Positions 12,766 through 23,259 of a DNA stretch of 64,000 nucleotides are shown one piece after another. Source of the DNA: Heptranchias perlo (taxonomy: Eukaryota); the NCBI RefSeq assembly GCF_035084215.1, contig NC_090340.1, positions 5,890,001 through 5,954,000 of the forward strand. The letters run 5' to 3'. Made by a program: the position numbers and the translations under genes. The stretch's first letter is position 1. Every line of letters begins with the position of its first letter. The notes below the pieces were generated by a model that was not told where the DNA came from, made no database searches, and saw nothing but the letters and a program-made list of their open reading frames with translations.

Positions 12766-13183
12766 TTAAAATAAATTTGTTGGACTATAACCTGGTGTTG
12801 TAAGATTCCTTACATTTGTCCACCCCAGTCCATCACCGGCATCTCCACATCATGCCTATAGAATACATCTAGTAATGTAATGGCACCTCTTTTATTTCTT
12901 AACTCTAATCAAATAGATTCTGTCCTTGACCCCTCCAGGATATCCTCTCTCTCCAGTATTCTCCTTAATCAATACTGCAACGCCCTCCCTCCTTTCTTTC
13001 ATTCCCTATCTTTTCTGAACACCATGTATCCAGGAATATTTAGTACCCAATCCTGCACTTTTTTGAGCCAGTTATCGCCAAGACATCATATTCACAGGTG
13101 GCTATTTGCGTCTGCAGCTAGCAACCTTGTTTACCATGCTGCGCGCGTTTACACACATGCACGGCAATCCAGTCCTAGACTTT

Positions 13184-14085
13184 AGAAACATAGAAAATAG
13201 GAGCAAGTGTAGGCCATTCGGCCCTTCGAGCCTGCTCGGCCATTCAATATGATCATGACTGATCCTCCATCGCAATACCATATTCCCGCTCTCTCCCCAT
13301 ACCCCTAGATGCCGTCTGTGTCGATAAATCTATCGATCTCCTTCTTAAATATATTAGGCGAGGTGGCCTCCACAGCCTTCTGTGGTAGAGAATTCCACAG
13401 GTTCAACATCCTCTGAGTGAAGAAATTTCTCCTCATCTCAGTCCTAAATGTCCTTCCCCACATCCTGAGTCTGTAGCCCCTCTTTGTAGATGCCCCATCC
13501 AGGGGAAATATCCTCCCTGCATCCAGTCTGTCTCACGCTGTCAGAATCTTGTACGTTTCAATGAGAACCTCTCATTCTTCTAAACTCTAGTAAACACAGT
13601 CCGGGTCGACCCAAACTCTCCTCATACAACAGTCTTGCCATCATAGGATTCAGTCTGGTGAACCATCGCTGAACTTCCTCTATGGCAAGTATATCCTTTC
13701 TTATGTAAGGAGACCAAAACTGAACACAATACTCCAGGTCTGGTCTCACCAAGGCCTTGTTTAACTACAGTAAGACATCTTTGCTCCTGTACTCAAATCC
13801 TCTTGTAATGAAGGCCAAATACCATTGGCCTTCCTAACTGCTTGCTGCACCTGCATATTTGCTTTCAGTGACTGGTGTACAAGGACAACCAGGTCCCTTT
13901 GTACATCAACATTTCTCTTACACCATTTAAATAATACACTGCCTTTCTGTTTTTTCCTTCCGAAGTGGATAATTTCACATATACCCATGTTATATTGCAT
14001 CTGCCATGTATTTCCCCACTCACTCAACTTGTCTCAATCGCCTTGAAGCCTCTTTGCATCCTTCTCACAACTCACAATCCTATCT
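13184..14085 (-). mobile_element. CR1 LINE 3' part (paralog ~44953-45860)
   Basis: VRPDLEYCVQFWSPY; tagaaacatagaaaatagg tail. Confidence 0.85.
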
Positions 14086-14207
14086 TTCTTGTACTCTCTC
14101 TTTGCAGACACAAATCAATCTCACCGCACGTTCACGTACATAGCTGCAAAAATGTGACCAATTTTGCGATTAGTCAAGAGCTGTATCAATTCGGAATCGT
14201 AAACGTG

Positions 14208-14330
14208 ATGCAAATCTCTTGACCACCAATGTGATCGAGGTCGTTATAATTTCAGCTCTGACGTAAATGTGAAACCAGTGCATTGAATTGCCGCTTCAGA
14301 TATCATATAGAGCGTCTCATTGATATATTA
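14208..14330 (+). promoter_or_regulatory. Candidate proximal promoter of copy 1
   Basis: Octamer ATGCAAAT 14208-14215, TGACGTAA 14259-14266, GTGAAAC, and an AT-rich tatatta ~14325, all upstream of the leader ATG. Motif matches only. Confidence 0.4.
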
Positions 14331-14442
14331 TGGAGCGTTTCATTGCAACACGCTCACCGCTAGATTATCTTCCGATCTCTCCGTCCCACGCACCTTCAGT
14401 GCTACCAGAAACGAGTGATGACGTTCATCGCCATTGCTCAGA

Positions 14443-14497
14443 ATGTCTGTACTTGATGTGCTGCTGTACCTCGCAGCCCTGGCCATTATTTGCACAG
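14443..14497 (+). CDS. Copy 1 exon 1, signal peptide MSVLDVLLYLAALAIICT
   Basis: ATG, hydrophobic stretch and phase-1 donor G|GTTTAT (weak but conserved in copy 2). Confidence 0.8.
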
Positions 14498-17400
14498 GTT
14501 TATTTACACCTGCCTTTTAAATATTAAAGTATGAATAAAACGTCCATTAGCAGTATGGAGGCAGCTTCTGTTCAATGTTTACTGTAGTTTTCTCATTTCC
14601 TTTCGTTCTACTTCTGCCGCATTCTTTCTTCCTTTTTAATCCCCATGATCACTACCGCTGAATATAACCTGTGTTTGTGTTTATTTCTGACAGTTATTAA
14701 TGGGACCGCTCTCACAGTGACTCAGCTCCCTGCCCGCCTGACTCCGGTGAAAGGCACAAATGTCTCCATGTATTGCTCTGTGCCTCGCTTCGATCAGAAC
14801 GCAATGGTGGATGTTTACTGGCGGAGATCCGGCCAGGACGGGATTTTGGATTCGAGTGCAGACAAAAGGAAAACATTTAAACCATTGAAGAAAGGATCTG
14901 CCGAGTTTCACCTGCTGAATGTAGGTTTCCAGGACTCTGGAATCTATTATTGCAGCATGAGAGATTGGAGAGGAAAGATTTCCAACGGGAATGGGACTGA
15001 GCTTATTGTGCATGGTGAGTATCGCTGAGAGTTAATGAACCTTCGTTATATTCTACGAGTATAGATTAGAGAATTTAACAATGATCAGCAATGATGCGTT
15101 TTCTGACAGGACTTTTGATGTTTCTCTCAGTTCGGTTCGGTGCGGCTCCTTTCCCCCTATTTGCAGTGAATCCTGTCAGTTTACACAGAGCAGCACCGAT
15201 TACCCTGCACGGGGCAGTGGAATTCAGATTGTCTCACTTCAGTCAATCGTTGTTCTCTTATCCCGTATCATTTATATAAATCTGGTTTACCTTTTTTTTC
15301 ATTAATTCTCGGGTTTTGGACATCGCTGGCACCGTCGGCATTTATTGTCCATTCCTAGTTGCCAAGGTGGAGGTGGGTCTTCTCCTTGAGCCACTGCAGT
15401 CCATGTAGTGAAGGTGCTCCCACAGTGCTGTTAGGTGGGGAGTTCCAGGATTTTGATTCAGCGATGATAAAGCAAGGGCGATATATGTCCAAGTGAGGAT
15501 GACGTGTGACTTGGAGTGGGGGAACTTGGAGGTGATGTTGTTCCCATGCACCTGCTGCCCTTGTCCTTCTAGGTGGTGGAGGCCTCGGGTTTGGGAGGTG
15601 CTGTCGAAGAAGCCTTGGCGAGTTTCTGCAGTGCATCCTGTAGATGGTGCACACTGCAGCCACAGTGCGCCGGTGGTGGACGTAATATAAAGTGATGGAA
15701 TAAGTGCCGATCAAGCAGACTGTTTTTGTTCAGGATATTGTCGAGCTTATTGAATGTTGTTGCAGCTGTACCATCCAGGCAAGTGGAGAATATTCCATCA
15801 AACTTCTGACTTGTCGGTGGCGGTGCCGCTTTGGGAAGTTAGGAGTTGAGTCAGTCGCAGAGGAATAACCAGCGTCTGACCTGCTCCAGGAGCCGCAGCA
15901 TTTATGTGGCCATTTATATCACATATTTACAAATCGAAAGAGTTGAATGAGATTGTTTTTGTTTATTTTTATACCTCTATCCAATAAGAAAAAAGTGTCT
16001 TGGACTCTGAATAGAATTCTGCCTGGAATCACTTCCTTCAATCCTCCAATCACTGAGGGGCCGCTCCCGACCCACCTTTTACCGCACTCCGAAGTCCAAC
16101 AGTAACTCTCCCCGAGTGTCTGGCAATTCAACCGTGGGAGACAAGAGTGAGATTGTCAATATCTATCAGAAAATAGATACAAGTACTATCACACTGACAG
16201 AACGGGGGGGGGGGCGGTGGAGGGGAGCCTGAGAAGACGAGGAGTGAGCAAAGAGATAATCAAATGGACAGAGAGATTCAATGTGGTTGCGAATAGATTT
16301 TATTTTCAGTGATAGATATATTTGCTCTGATAGATTTGATTTCGATTGATAGATTTGTTTATGTGGGAAATAGATTTTAGATGTTTACAGTTGGGAATGG
16401 GTTTTTCAAGCATTGGATAAGGAACATTTACATGAAACAGAACGAAACTCGGTGCCACGAAGCCTGTGAGTGGATCATCTGCTGTTCAAGCTCAGTCTGT
16501 GTCTCCAGTAAGATCTCGGCGGTGAAGGCAAAGTATCTCCCATGGATCCCAGTGCCAGAGTGGGAACCGTGGTTTAAAAAAGGGATGGAAGACACATTAG
16601 TGACACAAGATCATCGAAGGAAAAGAAGTTCACAAGGATCTGTAATCATCACCTGCAGGTCACGTGGAGATAACTTTCTTACTGGGGAGTGATGACATTT
16701 AGTGGATCTCCCAATTGTTGAGATGCAGTTTAGGATGGAGACGAAGGTACTTTTATGACCGGAATGGGATCACTGTTCTATACCTCGAAAAAAATATGGA
16801 TTAATTACATTTGGAACTCGGGGCTGAAATATTCCTGATCAAGCAGTTAGTGACTGATCAGTTTACAGTTCTCACCGAGCGACAGGTTAGTTGAGGGAGG
16901 GGGAGCTGTGGGCATCTGAATGGAGTTGAACTCCTGAAAATGAAATACCAGGTTTTAGATCGGGATTTTAAGAGCTCTAAGTGCAATCGACGAGTGTTGA
17001 ATAGGATGGAGATAAAGTTAATACGAACATTGAATAATTAGTCCCGCAATTCCAACATCAAACTGTGACCTCGTCAGTCTGAAGTTCTAACAAACAGCAT
17101 GAGGTTCGGGATTATTCTCAGATGAGGAATTATTGATAAACCGAACAAGATAAAGTGACATGGAAAGAGAGAAGACAAGGAGCGAGTGTGTGGGAGGATT
17201 GGGAGGAGTGAAAAATAGAGAAGGATTGGACCTTGATCATTTTTTAAATATGATCGATTGGCCCATGGATGAGGCAGATAGATAATGGGGTTTAGGATCG
17301 AGCGGTATTCCACATTTGCCTATTTAAAAGCCATTGACTAGGCCACAGTAGGAGCAGTGCGCGAAATTTTGATGTGAAGGAGAGGGTGTAAGATTTATAT

Positions 17401-20400
17401 ACTTGGTGATATCAGTCCTCGATTCCCTGAATCAAAAGACATTAAAGGGAGACCCAGTAGACGGGATCTGCGGCGAGTCCCATTAGTGATCAAGGGGAAT
17501 AAATGCAGAAAAAGTAAGAGGGGGTTAGAAGATTTTTTTTTACTCAAAAGATTATTAGTGCGTGGGGTAGATCGGCAGAAGGGCTATTGGCGGAAATCAA
17601 TCAAAGGGGTTAGGGGGGAATTACATTAATATTAATGGATGCCGGGGGAGGGTAGGGAACTGGACTGAGGTAGAGAGCTCTTTCTGAGCTTAACCTTCTT
17701 CAATTTAACCGGAAAGTAAATGGACACGGAACACGGAGACAGTAAAATTCAGCGAGACTCTGCCGATGAATGTGTCACAGATGGGTCACTCAACGAGGAA
17801 TCATCTTGCGCCAGCAAGGCTCCGAGTCGAGAGCGGAGATCCGTCGACTTACTTGATCCGTAAGAAGCGGTGGAGACGGATCTCTGTCACTGCAGAATAT
17901 TGGGAGGTTGGTTAATTTGATCCTACTTTGGACCCTCTCCCTTTTAAATCGGAAACGAACAAAGACTTGAAATAATTCACGCAGAGCGAGAACCGGGGTC
18001 AGGACCGGAACATTATCTGGGAAATGAATCGAGTGAGTGAGCTCTGGTACAGGACAACTGGACGCGTTTTGGACCGAAACAACGAGTCCCAGACTGGAAC
18101 AGAGACAATAATTTCCTTCATGCTTTTGTATTAATTTATCACTCTGTCAGTGAAACCATATTCTCGAATACTGTCTCCCTATTACCGACACAGAAACCTA
18201 TTTAGAACGTAGGCCTAAATCACAGTGAAACACCAGCAGAAATAGACACCGGGAGATTAAAGAGATCCCACGGGACGGGTTCGGTTTAACTCGAACTTAA
18301 ATTCATTTCAATGCCCAGACCTGGGGCCTTCCCGTCACCGAGTGCTGGGTAAAGACAAGAACGAAATAAATATCGCCATGTTCTGTTTCAAGCAAATCAA
18401 GCGTTCGTTATTAATTCAAATATGGCGGTAAAATTTTCCTCTTAAAGGGACTCTGCAGATGCTCCATGCTCTCCCTTCTCGCCCTCTGTTCTTTCCTTTC
18501 TCTAATATAATATACGAGTAGTGATTTCAACTCAATTCCTTTAACTCCTTTCCAGTGCCGCCAACTCCTGTGGAGATTACCCGCCTGCTCTCTCCGTCTC
18601 TCACACTCCTCTGCACAACGGCTGCTTTTTTCCCCGAGGAGTTTAACCTCACTTGGTATCAAAATGGCTCCGAAATTACATCTGGGATAAACTTGGAGCA
18701 GACACGGAGCGAAGAGGGATTGTATCAAGTTTCCAGCTCCCTCATCTCTGTGCAGAGCGGGACGGTTTATATCTGCCAGGTGTCGCATGCCTCTCTCCCG
18801 ATTCCAGCCAACGCCAGCTACACGGTTCGTGATCCGGGTAAGAGACCCACCTCCTCAGCACTGCAGTAAGCTGTATCTGTGTTACATATAGGAGCCATTC
18901 AGGGACTTTCTGTCACCACTAATCCGCACCAGAACATTGTCAATGTAGTGTGTTTGAAGGGGACTGAAGGTGGTCATTGCAGTCTCAAAAAGCTTTTGAG
19001 GCGACCCCTCACAGTGAACACTATACAAGATGGAGTCCTGCGCAATTGATCGGCGTATCCATGTTTGGTTGGGGAATTAATTGCATTCTCATTGACAGAG
19101 GGTAGTCATTACTAGTTGTGGGACAATGCGGCCAGTCAGGATACATGGAGGAGTGAGAGACGTTGGTACGTGCTGGTCAAAATGTTAAAATGAACCATAC
19201 TTTCGAAACACAGTACCTGACGTAATGCAATGAGCAGGGAACCCCATCTCCACTGCCCAGCTCTTCAACTACATGGGCAGGTCCTCCATTGTCTGCTACT
19301 CGAGGGGCCCATTAGGGATCGGTGTAAGGATGGCTCTTCTTGATTCATATCCATGATCTGGATTAAGGCGTCCACGAGTTCACTGATGGGACAAATATCT
19401 GTACAGACGTCAGAACCCTTAAGGAGAAAACATTTACGATCGGATCGAGATGCGATCGGGGAATGGGCCTGTATCTGTCAGATGCCAATTAATGTAGATA
19501 AATGCAGTCTAATGCATGTGGGTGGGTTTAATACCAAGCATGTGTGTACAGTGCTAGGCTCTGAATTGAAGAATTAAAGAGACATGGGTGATGGTGTGTG
19601 AATCTCCAAAGTTCCACAACCAAGGCCAAGAGGTGATGACCAAAGCAATTAGAGTATAATGATGTATAGCCGGGACAAACCAATAGAAACAAAGAGCACC
19701 ATAATGTCCTTTCCATTGGTCAGCCCTCATTTACAATATTGTGTCCAGTTCTGATTCCCTCATATGATGAGAGTTCTCGGGCATTGGGGAAAAAAGTTCT
19801 GCGCAGAGCCACTAGATTGGTATATTTTAAAAACCCTTGGGTATCACGATAGGTTCAAGGATTTGGGTATTTGTACTCTGGAAAAGCATAGACTTTGGGA
19901 CACTTAATTGAACGATGAAGGGACTAGACTGTGTACACGTGGATAGATTACTTGAATTAAATTATTAGCGAGAACGAGGGCTCATGGGTACATGTCATTT
20001 AAGCACAGAACAAGGTGAGATATTTGGAGGATAGTCTTCATCCAGAAGGTCACTGACCTTTGGATGAAATCGAAGTCTCGTGTAGTGAGTGCGGATTCTC
20101 TGCAAAGGTACGAAAGGAGCTGGACGAGTTCCTGAAGGAGGCTGATATCGTTGTGTAAAAAAGATAGGTGTGATGTTGCATGACGTACCTCAAAGTCAAT
20201 GTTATTTACTGGAAATCGTTTCTCATCACCTTCGGGTCGGAGAGAAATCTCCTATAATTCTGTGGGGGATTTTACCTCTCCCTGGAGACCAACCGGCACA
20301 AACAATCACGGGGAGAGAGACAGACAGACGCATCCATACAAAAAGACACCGCCACCTCCACCACCCCCCTCCCCCACTCCCCACACACACAAATATTACA

Positions 20401-22505
20401 TACACATGATGAACAAAACTGCATAATCATTAATTAAATACGATTATTAATCCGAATAAATTGCTGATATTTTCAGGCATGGAAAGTCCCTGTGTGTTTT
20501 ACACTACGCTGTATCTGATGTTGATTAAATATTTCGCAATATCTCGCCAATAAAATGCTGAAATTCCAATTTCTCTGTCCCTTTTAGCTGACGGGAACAA
20601 TACTTTCCTCTACCCCCTGGTGTCGGGGTGTGCAGCAGGCGGGTTAATAATTCTCGTGCTGGTAATTCTTGTCAAGCGATGCAATTTCGTCAGAACTGAA
20701 GGTAAGAACTGACACGATCCTGATTCAGAATTAGGTTTGTTAGTTACATTTCAGCACGGCGGCAGCGAGGGGGAGGGCACGGTGTCTCGGGCCCAGACTG
20801 GGATCTAGATTTTGGGAGCGGTGTCCGTTACACTAAGTGAGTTTATGTTCCTGGGGCCGAATGTTGTGACGAGGGCCAGACCTTAAACCCAAGAGATCCC
20901 TCAGAATAATTTCAGCAGGTCTGAACATTAAAGCGACCCGTAGTTTCGGTTCGAACTTAGTGCTTTACAACAACTGAAGGTGGTGATGTGAATATTTTAC
21001 AGTAAATGTAGGGTTCTGTCGGGAGGGGCGACAAACCTGGGGTCGACGGCGGTGGAACTGATGGTGGGAATGTGACACGTGGTGTTCGGTTGTGAAAGGG
21101 TCCGTGTCTCGCCCAGCAATAGTACCGTATGTGACGGGTCAAGTTCTAATCAGGAGAATTGAGTGACCGTTCAGACCATTTTCTATTGATCGGTGATTCT
21201 GGTCACTTTGCGGGAATGTTGGGTATATATTGGCGGACACATCGCGCATCTGGTTCATGGTGAAATTGATCATTGGTCTAAATTTATTTCTCTACTAGAC
21301 ACGGAGATTAGTGAGGAGAGAACCGGCCACTTCGAGGAGCAGGTCAGTATCATGCTGGTGTAACGAGAAATCGACTGCTATTGCTCAATTAATGCACATT
21401 TGTTCCACATTTAAACCGGTATCACGAGGACATCAGGACGGCTCTCAGTCACTGCGGAACGCACTGTAACCACTTGCGGGTTTATTATTTCCCAGATCCT
21501 TCCCTCAGCTGAAAGTGTAGTCTCTGACCTGTCAGTGCCGCGATTGTATCTGTATTAATGTAGCACTCCAGTTCTCGCAGGCGCTGTTGTCGATATTTGT
21601 GTCTTGTCAGTGAGGTCGATTGGCTATTCACCTTTCGGGAGCGTCATAGTTTTGCTCGATCCTGTTCTCACCTCACGTCTCCACCCATTACCTTTCCAGC
21701 AGGGTCTCTGGGTGTTGACCGGGACGGACTGCGAGCCGAGATTGCCCCCCTCCTGACCCAAAGGCACTGAAACCAATTGTCTATCCTGAGATGAGTAAGC
21801 TCAGAACTCGGAAGTGCGTTAACTACTCAATAGCTCACGGTCCAGGCCTTGATCCACAGGGCCAGGGTGAGCTCTGATAACATAGTTTGTAAATGTATAT
21901 TCAGGAGAATGTCTCCGGCTGGGAATTATTGTCCTCCCTTGTCCTTATCCGGCCTTCTATTACGCCGCCAGCGCCATTGGAGCAATCCCCTGCATTGATC
22001 AGACTTACCCAAACCTTAACCGATGCCATTGGGTTTTAGTGGCCCTGTACGGTGCTGTTTGTGATTTGATGCGGAGCTAATCTTTCTCCAAAAACTCTCT
22101 TCAGGCTGTGGGAGGAAGAGAGGACGGGAGTCCGTCTTACGCTGCTATCAACTTCAGCGGTCACAGGAACATTGGAAAACCCAGACGGCAGGAAGACAGA
22201 ACCATCTATGCCCAGGTACAGTCGGGAAACAGAGCAGCCCATACCAACCAGGAATGGTCCGGTACTGGCGTCTGACCTCAGTAATGCACATTGAAGTCAT
22301 AGAACGCTTAGTGTGAGTAACAGATCCTATTGATCTTTCATTGTTGCTTCCACAGACTAAGCAAGGGACGGATTGTGCACTGACTTACGCGTCTCTGGAT
22401 CTGACCGGCTCCCAGAAAATGGCAAGAAGGAAACACAAAGAAAACGTAGCGGAGTATGCGGCGATCAGGATCAACAAGCCAAGGGAAGAATACGGGATTG
22501 TATAA
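14443..22505 (+). CDS. VJ-C1-TM-ITIM/ITSM Ig-superfamily receptor, copy 1 (SIRP/NKp30-like; 7 exons, 358 aa)
   Basis: Exons 14443-14497, 14694-15014, 18556-18837, 20588-20701, 21299-21342, 22105-22215, 22356-22505. All introns GT-AG with phases 1,1,1,1,0,0. They join into 1077 nt with no internal stop, and the same structure is kept in copy 2. Confidence 0.88.
14694..15014 (+). CDS. Copy 1 exon 2, V-set Ig domain with joined J motif
   Basis: tttctgacag acceptor; C...VYW...DSGIYYC...GNGTELIV; G|GTGAGT donor. Confidence 0.93.
15300..15910 (-). mobile_element. LINE family B 3' fragment in intron 2 (paralog ~47075-47685)
   Basis: HHRRTVAAVCTIYRMHC...RLLRQHLPNP. Confidence 0.85.
18556..18837 (+). 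CDS. Copy 1 exon 3, C1-set Ig domain
   Basis: LLCTTAAFFPEEFNLTWYQNG...GLYQVSSSL...YICQVSHASL; cctttccag acceptor; G|GTAAGA donor. Confidence 0.93.
19300..20170 (+). mobile_element. Old eroded CR1 in intron 3 (paralog ~50450-51320)
   Basis: WQM.INVDKC and LVSPHLQYCVQF remnants. Confidence 0.6.
20588..20701 (+). CDS. Copy 1 exon 4, transmembrane
   Basis: (A)DGNNTFLYPLVSGCAAGGLIILVLVILVKRCNFVRTE; cttttag acceptor; G|GTAAGA donor; no charged TM residue. Confidence 0.9.
21299..21342 (+). CDS. Copy 1 exon 5, short cytoplasmic exon (D)TEISEERTGHFEEQ
   Basis: tctctactag acceptor and CAG|GTCAGT donor; converts phase 1 to phase 0 as the downstream exons require. Confidence 0.75.
22105..22215 (+). 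CDS. Copy 1 exon 6, cytoplasmic (PSYAAI, TIYAQ)
   Basis: AVGGREDGSPSYAAINFSGHRNIGKPRRQEDRTIYAQ; ctcttcag acceptor; CAG|GTACAG donor. Confidence 0.82.
22356..22505 (+). CDS. Copy 1 exon 7, terminal ITIM exon
   Basis: TKQGTDCALTYASLDLTGSQKMARRKHKENVAEYAAIRINKPREEYGIV*; ttccacag acceptor. This frame is not in the ORF track. Confidence 0.85.
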   Translation, partial: TKQGTDCALTYASLDLTGSQKMARRKHKENVAEYAAIRINKPREEYGIV

Positions 22506-23259
22506 ACAGCAGCAAATGTCCAGTGATGTTAACGTCACAAAGCGGCTGGCCACCTTGGCGTCTGTAGTCCACACCTATCTGTATTTAGTGGGGTGTTTGT
22601 AAACAGTATTGTCATTTATTGGAATGGGAGAATGAGTAGCAGCTTTTACTGGCAGAGGGAAACTGTGATCTGGAGGTTGAGCTTGTTCTTGAAATCTGCA
22701 CTTCCAGTGACTGGAGGAGTCAATGCTTAACTCTTTTATAGGTTTCAAATAGGACCAAAGGAAATGGGAGCGTCTTGTCTCGTCGGGTGGAAATGGATGA
22801 GGCCATTTATTGTGGGTCAGTTCTGTTAATTTAGAAGGATTGAGCAGTGGAGTTTATTTTGGGCCTGTGTCGCGAATATACCGGATTTCGGGGAGAGTTC
22901 TGAATGTATTCCATCTAAATATTAAATCATTATCAGGCTCCTAACGGGCCAACTGAATGGTGTTTGGTGACTGGACATCAATTACCGCGGCCTTTTCGAA
23001 GCAGAAACAACTATTCCTTCAGTTTCATTTCGTGAAATTCAATGTTGAGAATTCCTTTCTGTCCCGATTTTGCTCTTTCTGGGTGTATTTGACACTTTAA
23101 ATCCAATCTGTCCCGGTGCCGAACATTTCCATCTCTGTGTATTTTAATCACTCAATTTGCCTGTTGTGACAGAAATGAACCAGGTGTTTTCGAATGTGCA
23201 GTGGGACAGGCCTGGAACCTGCTCCGGCTCCCTGTCTCACTGTGAAATTGATAGAATTA

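Larger units (their letters stand above)
11998..12853. mobile_element. Penelope-like retroelement, inverted (hairpin) insertion
   Basis: Arms 11997-12401 and 12413-12817; GIY-YIG C-terminus KLIAKFRTHEDGLNRDLGFMSRYT* at 12414-12488; TSD gcctatagaata at 11986-11997 and 12854-12865. Confidence 0.88.
10450..13180 (-). mobile_element. CR1 LINE (APE/RT part), interrupted by a SINE and a Penelope element
   Basis: LDQYVSCPTRKEALLDLVL, GPYGMHPR, VGKLLE motifs; paralog at 43436-44950. Confidence 0.8.

Noticed and set aside
15015-15700. Possible RSS (CACAGTG at 15421 and 15661) implying V(D)J rearrangement
   Set aside because: The heptamers lie inside a LINE fragment, far from the V end, with no nonamer at 12/23 spacing. 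The V exon already includes J and ends in a splice donor.
18838-18869. Secreted V-C1 isoform by read-through (GKRPTSSALQ*)
   Set aside because: No nearby AATAAA seen, and short read-through is expected by chance.
22373-22567. ORF-track translations of the last exon (MCTDL.../MYTDL...)
   Set aside because: Wrong frame. The phase-0 frame gives a canonical LTYASL ITIM conserved in both copies.
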